Of a DNA stretch of 64,000 nucleotides, positions 11,129 through 23,052 are shown piece after piece (the first letter of the stretch is position 1; each line of letters opens with the position of its first letter). The notes below the pieces were generated by a model that worked only from the letters and a program-made list of their open reading frames with translations, searched no databases and was not told the DNA's origin. The stretch covers positions 7,316,001-7,380,000 of the forward strand of contig NC_042998.1 of the NCBI RefSeq assembly GCF_006345805.1, written 5' to 3'. Origin of the DNA: Octopus sinensis. Its lineage: Eukaryota. The position numbers were made by a program, and so were the translations under genes.

Positions 11129-11832
11129 ATTATTTATATATATTATTTGTTAATATGTTCGGTTTCAATATATCAGAGCTTTCCATACATAATGTAGGTA
11201 ATCTTAGATTGTTGTCAAAATAATGTGTTTGTGTGTGAGTGTGTATTAAATATGCATGCATGCACACGCACCCTACTACAAACATTGACCCTTTTTCTAC
11301 TGTTTAATTTACTGTTATACATAAATATATACCCATACACACATATGTAATATATATACATGCAAAAACATCTTACTTTGAGCACTTACTATTTAATCTC
11401 TTCCTATTCAATACCCAATTTGTATACCGCTATATGTATGTATGTAGATTTATATATGCGTGTCTGTGTAAATACATGGAAGGTGGTTGATTTATATTCA
11501 TTTTTGATGAGTATTTAATATATTCCCACAAATACTACCATTAATACAATAATAACTTATATTCTTATTAAGACACTGTATTCTCTACCAATTTTTAAAT
11601 TTTTTTTACAATCTTTGGTCACTAGATGCTCTCTAAATTCGTGTTCTATTTGAGAAGTGATGAGTCTTTAATTCGTATCTACACTAAAATGACCGTAACA
11701 TTGATTATGACGATGATGATGATAATAATAATAATAATGTGTGTAGAATATACCTTGTAAAAACCTCAACAGTAGCTATTTTCAATAACTGCAATTAAAG
11801 AAGCTCTTTAGGATCTCCAAATCAAACAAGCT

Positions 11833-11941
11833 AGATTATTATTATTATTATTATTATTATATTATTATTATTATCATCATTGTTGTTATTGCTGTTGTTG
11901 ATGTGGTAGTGCTGCTGCAAATGCTGCTACAACTGCTGCTG

Positions 11942-11991
<50 letters not shown>

Positions 11992-12024
11992 GCTACTACT
12001 ACTACTGCTACTACTACTACTACT

Positions 12025-12057
<33 letters not shown>

Positions 12058-12090
12058 GCTACTACTACTACTGCTGCTACTACTGCTACT

Positions 12091-12123
<33 letters not shown>

Positions 12124-12255
12124 GCTACTACTACTACTGCTGCTACTACTGCTACTACTACTACTACTACTACTACTACTGCTACTACTACTACTACTAC
12201 TACTACTACTGCTACTACTACTACTGCTGCTACTACTGCTACTACTACTACTGCT
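11833..12255. repeat. (ATT)n followed by a compound (ACT/GCT/ACC)n trinucleotide array
   Basis: Read directly; source of the poly-S, poly-L and poly-V ORFs. Confidence 0.95.
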
Positions 12256-12649
12256 GCCACAAACATTAACAAGCCGTACGATAAGTGCCAGGCATGCATT
12301 GCCACACCCGGTTGATGTTGATGTTGCTGCTGCTGCTGATACTACTACTGTTAGTGATGTCACCGCCTGTGCCACCGCTGGTGCCTCCAGCTCCACCGCC
12401 ACCGCTACCACCACCGTCACCACCATCGTTGCTGCTGTTGTCACTTGCCATCACTGGTTGCTTTCGGTGATCCAGTCTCTTCTTGGTGTCTGTGACGACC
12501 ACAAAGGCTGGACAATCCGATATTTTTTATCAGGGCTGCTTCTCCATTACTCATTGACAAGAGAGACAAACAAAGAAAATAAGAAAAAGAAAAGAAAAAA
12601 CAAAAATCATTTACGAAAAGAAAAATTTTAAAAACAAAATAGATAAATA

Positions 12650-12941
12650 GAGAGGTAGGATAGATAGGTGGGTGGGTGGATGGATGGATGGATGAATAGG
12701 TAGGTGGACGGGTGGGCGGACGGGTAGGTGGATGGGTGGGTGGATAGACATACAGACAGGTAGACAGATAAATAGATAGATAGACAGATAGATAGACAAA
12801 TAGATATATAGGTAGGTAGGTAGGTAGGTAGGTAGGTAGGTAGATAGATAGATAGACAGATAGATAGACAGATAGATGGATAGACAGATAAATAGACAGA
12901 TAGATAGAAAAATAGATAGATAGATAGATAGATGGATAGAC

Positions 12942-12996
<55 letters not shown>

Positions 12997-13120
12997 TATA
13001 TAGGTAGGTAGGTAAGTAAGTCGGTAGGTAGGTAGATAGATAGATAGATAGATAGATTGATAAATAGCTAGATAGACAAATAGATAGATAGACAGATATA
13101 TAGGTAGGTAGGTAGGTAGG

Positions 13121-13153
<33 letters not shown>

Positions 13154-13433
13154 TGATAAATAGCTAGATAGACAAATAGATAGATAGACAGATATATAGG
13201 TAGGTAGGTAGATAGATATGTTTCTTTATTAGCCACACAGGGCTGCACACAGATAGAACAAATTACAAGGTAGAGCTTTTCTTTTGAAGGTTTTAAAAAA
13301 AAAAAAAAAAAAAGGAAGGGGGAGTTTCGATCAAAAGGGATCGTAAAAGGAGAGAAAGAGGACAAAAAAAGGGGGGTTAAAAAAAAAAAAAAGGGGGAGA
13401 GGAAAAAGACAGATATATAGGTAGGTAGGTAGG

Positions 13434-13500
<67 letters not shown>

Positions 13501-13650
13501 GTAGGTAGGTAGTAGGTAGGTAGGTAGGTAGTAAGTAAGTAAGTAGGTAGGTAGGTCGGTCGGTAGATAGATAGACAGATAAATAGACAGACAGACAGAT
13601 AGATAGACAGACAGATTTATAGGTAGGTAGATTGATAGATAGATCCCTGA
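12650..13650. repeat. Compound tetranucleotide arrays (GATA/GGTA/GACA/GGAT/GGGT)
   Basis: Read directly; two blocks (12650-13215 and 13408-13645). Confidence 0.95.
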
Positions 13651-13963
13651 GAGCTTCCTGTCTGATCAATTATGTAAATTAAAATATTTTGTCGTGTAAT
13701 TTATATCTTTACTGTTATCCATATCACTAGAGTCGACATCATCTTCCCTTATCATCATCATCATCATGGTCATCACTACTGTTACTACCGATTTCATTAC
13801 TCACAAAACGTAAAACCCACCCACCATCACCACCTCTCCTCTCTAGCCCTTGGTTATCTGGTCATCCGGCACAATATATATTATATACGTGTGTGTGTGG
13901 AGTCGTTGGTTATTGTTTATAAGGCATGGAATCTATTGAAAGATAACACAGGTCTTAAACACA

Positions 13964-14131
13964 CCGTATTTTCCGGCATAAAAGTCTGTGCAATAATGTA
14001 GAGTAAACATTTTGCGTAAACATTCAAACATCGTCACTGTCTTTCCAAATCTTTGCTGCATTTCGCATGGAATGTTCAGTCCTGCAGGGTCGTCTTGGTG
14101 TATAAGTTGACCTACCTTTCTATATTTATTA

Positions 14132-14166
<35 letters not shown>

Positions 14167-14217
14167 GGGCTGCAGATTTTGGTCTTAAAGCCAGGACATG
14201 TATGCCAGAAAATACGG
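13964..14217. mobile_element. Tc1/mariner-superfamily (pogo/Tc2-like) MITE
   Basis: TIRs CCGTATTTTCCGGCATA / TATGCCAGAAAATACGG (16/17), right flank TA, internal GGGTCGTCTT motif. Confidence 0.65.
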
Positions 14218-15857
14218 TAAACACCATGTAAATTATTCTATCTATGCTTGTCTGAATGTTCTCTTTTATTTCCTCATTTCATGTTCATGATGATATACAG
14301 ATCCTTCATCATCATCATCATTATCATCATCATCAATATAAGAAATACTGTCCCCCCCTCACCACCACCACTCCACTTCCAAATCCGAGACGAATTTTCC
14401 AGCTAATTCTTTATTGCTTCATGTTGTTGTTTAGCCTTCTCTTTTCTGGGGGGTCAGCTCCGATCCGGCAGATCTACGATCAAAGGCATTCCATTTGTCT
14501 TTTATTCCGGCATTTCGTTCATAATACAGAACCACAGTGTAATCCACGCTGTCTTTCCTTAGGGTATGTGTGTAATGATTTTAAAGGATACTCGGCTGCT
14601 ATTCTTAGCATGCTGAGAAGGTGGGTTATAGACGAATTTATTAGGTGTGTGTGGGCAGTATTTATTGTAATATTTTCCCAATATTTATAGATTTCTTTTC
14701 TTACTACTACTACTACTACCACCACCACCACCTCCTTTGAATTTTTATGAAATTCTTGGTACAAGTATCTTAATCGATGTCATTTTTAGCCAATATCTCT
14801 GTTGACAGATGTGTGTGTGTGTGTGTTTGTATTCATGTGTGTATTTATGTTAGTTATTTAATTTATTTACATCCTCATACACACACACACACACTTTTAA
14901 TCTTTTAATTGTATTCCAAGAGATGTGCCCCATGTGTTTGTGCATGGGTCACATCATCATCCCCCACCCACACATATAAACATGTATTAATATACACACA
15001 CACAATGTAATATATATACACACACATACAAACACACACATATATACATATATATATATACACACACATATATATATACATATACATATCTATGTCTATA
15101 CACACACACACATATATATATACATATACATATCTATGTCTATACACACACACACATATATATATACATATTCATATCTATGTCTATACACACACACACA
15201 AATATATATTCAAACATATAAAGGATGGCCATAATAGGGGACATCCGACTCACTAGAAAGAGCAGCCAAACTCCAAACCACTAATAGTTGTAATTCTGAA
15301 ATAGAAAGATAAATAAAAACGTTTACCCTTTTCCTTTCTATACACACACACACATACACAAATATATATGTATGTATAGAATATACTTTTTCCTAAACCA
15401 AATTTCTTGATATCCTTCAAAACTTTATTTCTTTAAGCAGATCCTTAATTTAACGACTGTGTTGCCATATGTTTCCTTGGCGTTGACCATCTTCACATTC
15501 TCCCTCTCTCCTTTCTCTCTCTCTACACACACACACATCCATATCACACTTCCATCTCCTTCGCTTTCTCCCCCCCCCCCATCTGCCTCCGCCAACCTCA
15601 TGCGAATGCCATTCTTATTTTGCCTATCTTCTCTTACAACCCTTTCTCTCCTCCTCCTCCTCCTCCCAGATGCTGCCGATGAGATGATGACGAATTAAGC
15701 AAACATGTGTGATAGATTACTATGTTTCTATGGTGCCTGTCATCAGGATACAAACCGCTCTATTTGCTCTGTTTTCATAACAGAAACAAGTTGAATCCCA
15801 ATATCTCTCTCTCTCTCTCTCACACACATTTAACTCATAATTATAGAAATATTATAT

Positions 15858-15908
<51 letters not shown>

Positions 15909-15909
15909 T

Positions 15910-16610
15910 ATATATAAAATAATAAATATTAGGGAATAAATCCAAATTTACAGGGAAAAAAAATCAGATTTAGGATTAAATCCAATTTTATAGTAAAATA
16001 TCATAAAATATTATTAGAGACAAAACCACTATTTATTAAAATTTTATGTATTGATTAAGTCTTTCCTTGTTTGTTTTGTCTCTAATAATATTTTATATAT
16101 ATATATATATATATTGGTAAAAAACGGTAAGATAACAAAAGAAAGAAAGAGACCTCAATATTATGTAAATAGAGGAAATTTATCTATAAAATAATATGTT
16201 ACAATTACTCAATAGTCAAGATAAAACTCTGAGTTTCAGATGCCGAAGTGGAAATCCACAACACCATCTCTTCGGTTATCTGGCCATCTGAAAAAAAAAA
16301 AATATATATTTATATATATTTGGTATTTTAATGCCTAAATACAAATTTATTCATTTATTTATTTATTTGTGAAATGGTCCACCATAATCTGTGGCAGCTA
16401 ATAAAAATTTGGATTAGAAAGTGATTCCAACATATGTAGGAATACCTGATCAGATATACAGCTTTCTTTTTATATTCTTTTATAGTATACTGCTATCTCA
16501 TCCATTTGTGTCTTAATGTTTCAAGACTAATTAAAATTTTTAAGTGTTTATATTCAAACACCTATTTCCTTAGATTGTTCACTAAAATATAGAATCTACT
16601 GAAATATTAA
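15910..16610 (-). mobile_element. Penelope-like-type relic embedded in (AT)n, carrying a hairpin and a hammerhead-like motif
   Basis: (AT)n-flanked AT-rich repeat with a GTTTC...TCTTCGG signature. The Penelope assignment is inference. Confidence 0.4.
16219..16281 (-). ncRNA. Hammerhead-ribozyme-like fold (type I), non-canonical core
   Basis: AGATAA-CCGAAGA-GATG...CATC-T-GAAA-CTCAGAG-TT-TTATCT: stems I, II and III all pair; U4C substitution and one extra U. Confidence 0.4.
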
Positions 16611-16868
16611 AAAAATCTATGCAACACAGTTTGCTCTCCCTCTCCTCCTCTCTCTCTCTTTTTTTTCTTTTGTATAGAAACACCTTTTGTGGATCAGAGC
16701 AGTTTTATTTTTGTTTTTGCTGAAGACATGCGTCTTTCGTTTGACACAGTAACTTAGAATTATGGAAAAAGATATAACAGCTACACATGGTAGAAAATAT
16801 ATGTCGTTGTACCATTCCTTGGAATTTACTCTAGCTTTCTGTTTTTAGTTGAGCTAAGCTCATAATTT

Positions 16869-17270
16869 AGGAGTGGCTGTGTGGTAAGTAGCTTGCTTAC
16901 GAACCACACGGTTCCGGGTTCAGTCCCACTGCGTGGCACCTTGGGAAAGTGTCTTCTACTATAGCCTCGGGCCGACCAAAGCCTTGTGAGTGGATTTGGT
17001 AGACAGAAACTGAAAGAAGCCTGTCGTATATATGTATATGTATATATGCGTGTGTGTGTCTGTGTTTGTCCCCCTAGCATTGCTTGACAACCGATGCTGG
17101 TGTGCTTATGTCCCCGTTACTTAGCGGTTTGGCAAAGGGGACTGATAGAATAAGTACTGGGCTTACAAAGAATAAGTCCCGGGGTCTATTTGATTGACCA
17201 AAGGCGGTGCTCCAGCATGGCCGAAGTCAAATGACTGAAACAAGTAAAAGAGTAAAAGAGAGTAAAGAGT
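16869..17270 (+). mobile_element. SINE family A
   Basis: Full body with (AAAAGAGT)n tail. Confidence 0.9.
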
Positions 17271-17298
17271 ATATATATATATATATATATATGTATAT

Positions 17299-17610
17299 GC
17301 GACCTTATTACCATATTGAGTAGACTATTGGGTGTTGTTGAGTGTTGTTATACACCACTGGTCACAATGCACTTCTTCATGTTGTAGGTTTTGAATGATG
17401 CCGCGCCACTGATTAGGCAGGCAGGCCCACATTGCCCCTGATCAGAACATCGGTCTATTGCGGTGTTACCCATTTGCAGCTGAGGGAACTGAAGCAACGT
17501 GAAGAAAGTATTTGGCTCAAGCACAAAATGCCCAGCTGGTTTTGGAATTGAAACTGTGACCTTGCCGTTGCGAGTGCAATGCCCTAACCACTAGGCCACG
17601 TGCCTTCACA
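17299..17610 (-). mobile_element. SINE family D with tail III
   Basis: CORE-like centre followed by the cattgtgaccag tail shared with 63170-63292. Confidence 0.65.
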
Positions 17611-17681
17611 TGTAAATGTGTGTGTGTGTACATATTTACGTTTGTGTTTGCTGTGGGTATTCCATGTGTTTGTGTACTTTG

Positions 17682-17842
17682 GAGTTCAAATTCCGCCGAG
17701 GTCGACTTTGCCTTTCATGCTTTCAGGGTCGATTAAATAAGTACCAGTTACGCACTGGGGTCGATATAATCGACTTAAATCCCCTTGTCTGTCCTTGTTT
17801 GTCCTCTCTGTGTTTAGCCCTTTGTGGGTAGTAAAGAAATAG
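17682..17842 (+). mobile_element. SINE family B (Meta-like domain), 5' truncated
   Basis: gaggtcgactttgcctttcat...aagtaccagttacgcactgggg...gtagtaaagaaata. Confidence 0.8.
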
Positions 17843-18047
17843 ATATTAATGTATTTATGTCTCAGTATGACTTTATATGGGCCTAAAATCTAGTGAAAAA
17901 CACTTAAAAACTCTTATAAAGATTTTGCACTACATTAATGTTTGTTCAATTTTAGATTGAGATAATTAATTAAACGATTAATTAAGATCTACCTGTCACT
18001 ACTTGTTTTAATGTATTTGCTAGTTTCACTCTCATTGATCTTCTCAG

Positions 18048-18277
18048 TACTCTCTCTCTTTTTTTTTTACTCTTTTTACTTGTTTCAGTCATTTGACTGC
18101 GGCCATGCTGGAGCACCGCCTTTAGTCGAGCAACTTGACCCCTGAACTTATTCTTTGTAAGCCTAGTACTTATTCTATCGGTCTCTTTTGCTGAACCGCT
18201 AAGTGACGGGGACGTAAACACACCAGCATCGGTTGTCAAGCAATGCTAGGGGGACAAACACAGACACACAAACATAT

Positions 18278-18332
<55 letters not shown>

Positions 18333-18404
18333 TACGTAAACACACCAGCATTGGTTGTCAAGTGATGTTGGGGGGAGGGAACTAACACAGACACACAAAC
18401 ATAT

Positions 18405-18442
<38 letters not shown>

Positions 18443-18617
18443 TCACATATATACGACGGGCTTCTTTCAGTTTCTGTCTACCAAATCCACTCACAAGGCT
18501 TTGGTCGGCCCGAGGCTATAGCAGAAGACACTTGCCCAAGATGCCACGCAGTGGGACTGAACCCGGAACCATGTGGTTGGTAAGCAAGCTACTTACCACA
18601 CAGCCACTCCTGCGCCT
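18048..18617 (-). mobile_element. SINE family A with a duplicated central segment
   Basis: The block gtaaacacaccagca...cacagacacacaaac occurs twice. Confidence 0.9.
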
Positions 18618-18970
18618 ACTGTTATCATTTCTCAACGGGCTTTGTCTGTTTCTTTAGTTCTCATAGCTGCTATTATTTTCCACTCTGTTTCACAAAGAGA
18701 ATGTTAAATACATATTAAGTCAGTGGTTTCACCAGCTTCAATGATAGTTTGTTCCCCCCGAAGCTATGTATGTTAATATGTGGGAGCATTTAATTTTATT
18801 TTGAAACATTCTATTTTCCTTTTGCTGCTGCTGGGTAAACCAGGACTGGATGATGCCAAATATATCTTTTCCTTGTTTTCAGTCACTGGGCTGTGATTAT
18901 GCTGGGGCAATGCCTTGACATGTTTAGTTGAACAAATTGACTCCAGTACTTTATCCGTTTATAAGTCTGA

Positions 18971-19392
18971 TCTCTTTTACTCTCTCTTTTCCCTCTTTTA
19001 CTTGTTTCAGTCATATGACTGCGGCCATGCTGGAGCACCGCCTTTAGTCGAGCAAATCAACCCCAGGACTTATTCTTTGTAAGCCTGGTACTTATTCTAT
19101 CGGTCTTTTTTGCCGAACCGCTAAGTGACGGGGATGTAAACACACCAGCATTGGTTGTCAAGCAATGCTAGGGGGACAAACATAGACACACAAACACACA
19201 CATACATATATATATATATACATATATATGACGGGCTTCTTTCAGTTTCCGTCTACCAAATCCACTCACAAGGCTTTGGTCGGCCCGAGGCTCTAGTAGA
19301 AGACACTTGCCCAAAGTGCCACGCAGTGGGACTGAACCTGGAACCATCTGGTTGGTAAGCAAGCTACTTTCCACACAGCCACCCTTGCACCT
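18971..19392 (-). mobile_element. SINE family A
   Basis: Full body. Confidence 0.9.
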
Positions 19393-19562
19393 GATACTTA
19401 TTCTGTCAGTCTCTTTAGCCAAACTGCTTAGTCGTGGGGGATGGAGTATAAGGAAACCAACACTGGTTGTCATTTGGTGGTGGGGGACAATCACAAACAC
19501 ACAAACATAGATGTATACATGCATATATATATATATAAGATAAGCTTATAGTTCCAGTTTCT

Positions 19563-19793
19563 TATTTCTTTACTACCCACAAGGGGCTACACACAGAGGG
19601 GACAAACAAGGACAGACAAACGGATTAAGTCGATTATATTGACCCCAGTTCGTAACTAGTACTTATTTAATTGATCCCGAAAGGATGAAAGGCAAAGTCG
19701 GGTTCAGTGAAATTTGAACTCAGAACATAGTGGCAGTCGAAATACCACTAAGCATTTTGCCCAGCGTGTTAACACTTCTGCCAGCTCATCGCC
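19563..19793 (-). mobile_element. SINE family B, full length
   Basis: Reverse complement of the family B body. Confidence 0.8.
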
Positions 19794-20577
19794 CTATAGT
19801 TTCAGTTTCTGTCTACCAAATCCACTCACAAAGCTTTGGTTGGTCTGAACTATAGCAGAAAATCTTTGCGCAAGGTGCTGCACAGAGGGAATGAACCCAG
19901 GACCACATGGTTGAGAGTGATTTTTTTTTTTTGTTCAAATATACTTAAAAGCTTAGTTTCTCTGTTTAGAAATCTCATACACAAACTTCCTAATGGATAT
20001 ACATCTATCAATGTCATATCACTTTTTGGTTATTGCTTGCAGATCCTCAGGTTACTACAGCATCTTGAAGAAAATTAGTTTTTGTAATGTATTTCTGAAG
20101 TACAATTTCACTTATATTAGGTGTTTCGCTCATAAACACACATATTGCCTGGTCTGAGATTTGAACCTGCGATCCCTCAACCATGAATCAGCTGCTCTAA
20201 CCACTAGGCCATGTGCCTCCACTGGTGCACACCTGGCCATACCAGATCTGGTCAAACTGTCCACTCCAAGTCAGAATGGAAGACAGAGGTTAAATGATGA
20301 TGATAATGATGATATACATATATATACTCATGTATAGGCAGTTTTCATTTACAGTATAAAAATGATTAAATAATTGAGGTAAACAAAAATAAATTAACCC
20401 CCATATATTAGATTCTAAATATTTTTACCGATTCAGCTACCAAACATTTATTACTTACTTCCTTTTATACCATTAAAGGTTTATAACTATTTTAAACTAT
20501 TCTAAAATCACTTCACAGAAGGTAACACATATTTTTAGACAAGAAACACAATCGTTATCTTGCATGCATATATGTAT

Positions 20578-20807
20578 GCAGTGAGCTGGCAGAAATGTTA
20601 GCACGCCGGGCGAAATGCGTAGCCATATTTCGTCTGCCGTTACATTCTGGGTTCAAATTCCGCCGAGGTCGACTTTGCCTTTCATCTTTTCAGGGTTGAT
20701 AAATTAAGTACCAGTTACGCACTGGGGTCGATATAATCGACTTAATCGGTTTGTCTGTCCTTGTTTGTCCCCTCTGTATTTAGCCCCTTGTGGGTAGTAA
20801 AGAAATA
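20578..20807 (+). mobile_element. SINE family B, full length
   Basis: gcagtgagctggcagaaatgttagc head, GGTTCAAATTCC B box, Meta-like motif. Confidence 0.85.
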
Positions 20808-21049
20808 TGTATGTATGTGTGTGTGTGTACACCATATATGCCAGTGTGTAAAACACACCCATGAATATAAGACACATCACTAATTTCTTATGGAAAACAG
20901 GAAATCTTAATACATTTCGTCATACATTCAGCACTTGGTATCCCATTCATAAAATGCTCACACTAGGTCCTTAAGCAATTTTTTTATAACGTTTATGGAT
21001 AAAAAGAAAAAGTGCATCTTAAACACTAGCATATACAGTGTATGTATAT

Positions 21050-21384
21050 CATCATCATCATCATTTAATATTTTCCATGTTAGCAAGGCCACAGACCACA
21101 CCAAGTTCTGTAGTCTGTCTTGGCTTGTTTTCTATGGTTGGATGCCATTCCTAATGCCAACCACTTCACCGACTGTACTCTCTTTACTCTTTTACTTGTT
21201 TCAGTCATTTGGCTGCGGCCATGCTGGAGCACTGCCTTTAGTCGAGCAAATCGACCCCGGGACTTATTCTTTGTAAGCCCAGTACTTATTCTATCGGACT
21301 CTTTTGCCGAACCGCTAAGTGACGGAGACGTAAACACACCAGCATTGGTTGTCAAGCAATGCTAGGGGGACAAACACAGACACA

Positions 21385-21436
<52 letters not shown>

Positions 21437-21850
21437 CACATATATACGACGGGCTTCTTTCAGTTTCCGTCTACCAAATCCACTCACAAGGCATTGGTCG
21501 GCCCGGGGCTATAGCAGAAGACACTTGCCCAAGATGCCACGCAGTGGGACTGAACCCAGAACCATGTGGTTGGTAAGCAAGCTACTTACCACACAGCCAC
21601 TCCTGCGCCTATGTACTGAGTGCTTTCTATGTGGAACCAGCTCCATTGCTTTTTATGTGGCTCAACACCCAATCCAATGATTGGATTTTAGGATCTCAAT
21701 TCTGTTGTGGTGGATGAATCTTTTTGGTCCTCTGTCACCTCTGTCATCTCCTTTGTAAGGCTCAGCGCTTTGAGACCAGCCTTCAGTACTCCATCCCACA
21801 TCTTCCTGGGTGTTCCTCTTCCACAACCTCCCTCCACTTCAATGATTGGC
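21050..21850 (-). mobile_element. Old family R-like element interrupted by a family A SINE
   Basis: (CAT)n start and ggatgccattcctaatgccaacc; resumes at 21611. Confidence 0.55.
21177..21610 (-). mobile_element. SINE family A, full length
   Basis: Full body; TGTACT on both flanks. Confidence 0.9.
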
Positions 21851-21888
21851 ACTTCTTTATGCAACTATATATATATAAAAAAAAAAAT

Positions 21889-22076
21889 TAATAATAATAA
21901 TAATAATAATAATAATTATTATAATAATAATAATAATAATAATAATAATTATAATAATAATATAATAATAATTATAATAATAATAATAATAATAATATAA
22001 TAATAATTATAATAATTATAATTATAATAATAATAATAATTATAATTATAATAATAATAATAATAATAATTATAAT
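21889..22076. repeat. (ATA)n array with ATT interruptions
   Basis: Read directly. Confidence 0.95.
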
Positions 22077-22374
22077 CTCAGCATTATCGGATAATAATGC
22101 TATAACGCAGCTATTCAGCATATGTTGAGACTAAGTGTTGTTATGAAGATTGTTTAGGCAACAGATTATCCTGTTTGTCTTCTTAATGAGAAAAAAAAAA
22201 ACCCACAAAATAATTAAAAGAAACAACAAATAACAAAATATGGGTTGGAATAAGAAGATTCAAATGTATTTTGTGAGAATAGTGAACACATAAAGCAAAG
22301 CCATTTATTGACCCTGTCTGTCGAACTTAGCATCATGTGCACATACTGTCTTAAAGGAAACTTATATTTATCTT

Positions 22375-22720
22375 TCACTCATTTCAGTCATTGAATTCTG
22401 GCCATTCTGAGGCACTGCCTTGACCCCAAGACTAGTACTTAGTCTATCGGTCTCTTTTGCCAAATTGCTAAATTATGAGGACACAAACAAACCAACAAAC
22501 ACTCTCAAGTGGAGTATAAACACAATCATATATATGTGTGTATACACCCACACACCCACACAACAGGCTTCTATCCTCTGTTTCTTCTTTCCGAATCCAC
22601 TCACAAAGCTTTGGTCAGCTTGAGGCTATTATAGAAAAACTTGCCCAATATGCCACACAGTAGGACTGGGCCAAAAACCATGAGCTTGGGAAGCAAGCTT
22701 CTTGGTGCACAGCCACGCCT
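22375..22720 (-). mobile_element. Old, diverged family A SINE
   Basis: Degenerate tttcagtcatt...aatccactcacaaagctttggtc. Confidence 0.6.
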
Positions 22721-23052
22721 GTACCTAAGCAGTGTTCCCGATCCTTTACAGGGCTTCTGAGATTGTTGGGAGGGAGGGAGAGAGTTATCCTGAAACTGGA
22801 AACCTGGTCTAAATGCATGCAACAGAATGGAGTTCACTAAAGACATCCAGGGTGCCGAATGATGGTGTTAACCCAGGTGATGGATTAAGTCTATCACCCA
22901 CGAAAGCCATGGCAAGATTTAAACTCAGAACACAAACAACGAGGATGAAGTTCACAAGGCATCCTATTCTCACACTTCCACCAATTCACTGCCTTTGATT
23001 GGTGCTGTTTTTATCAGCCCTACCCAAATGGATGAAAGGTAAAGTGTACTGG

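Noticed and set aside
11857-12631. Long poly-Ser, poly-Val and poly-Leu ORFs
   Set aside because: Driven by the (ACT)n array; only the non-repetitive island is kept as a candidate.
12628-13669. YLSI-rich 245-aa and 112-aa ORFs
   Set aside because: Translations of (GATA)n/(GGTA)n arrays.
13848-13870. CTTGGTTATCTGG resembling miR-9
   Set aside because: Diverges from miR-9 at the 5' end and after position ~12, and I see no pre-miRNA hairpin.
15715-15752. Minus-strand CTGATGA...GAAAC hammerhead-like spacing
   Set aside because: No stem II pairing, no NUH after the ATAG/CTAT hairpin, and no stem I partner.
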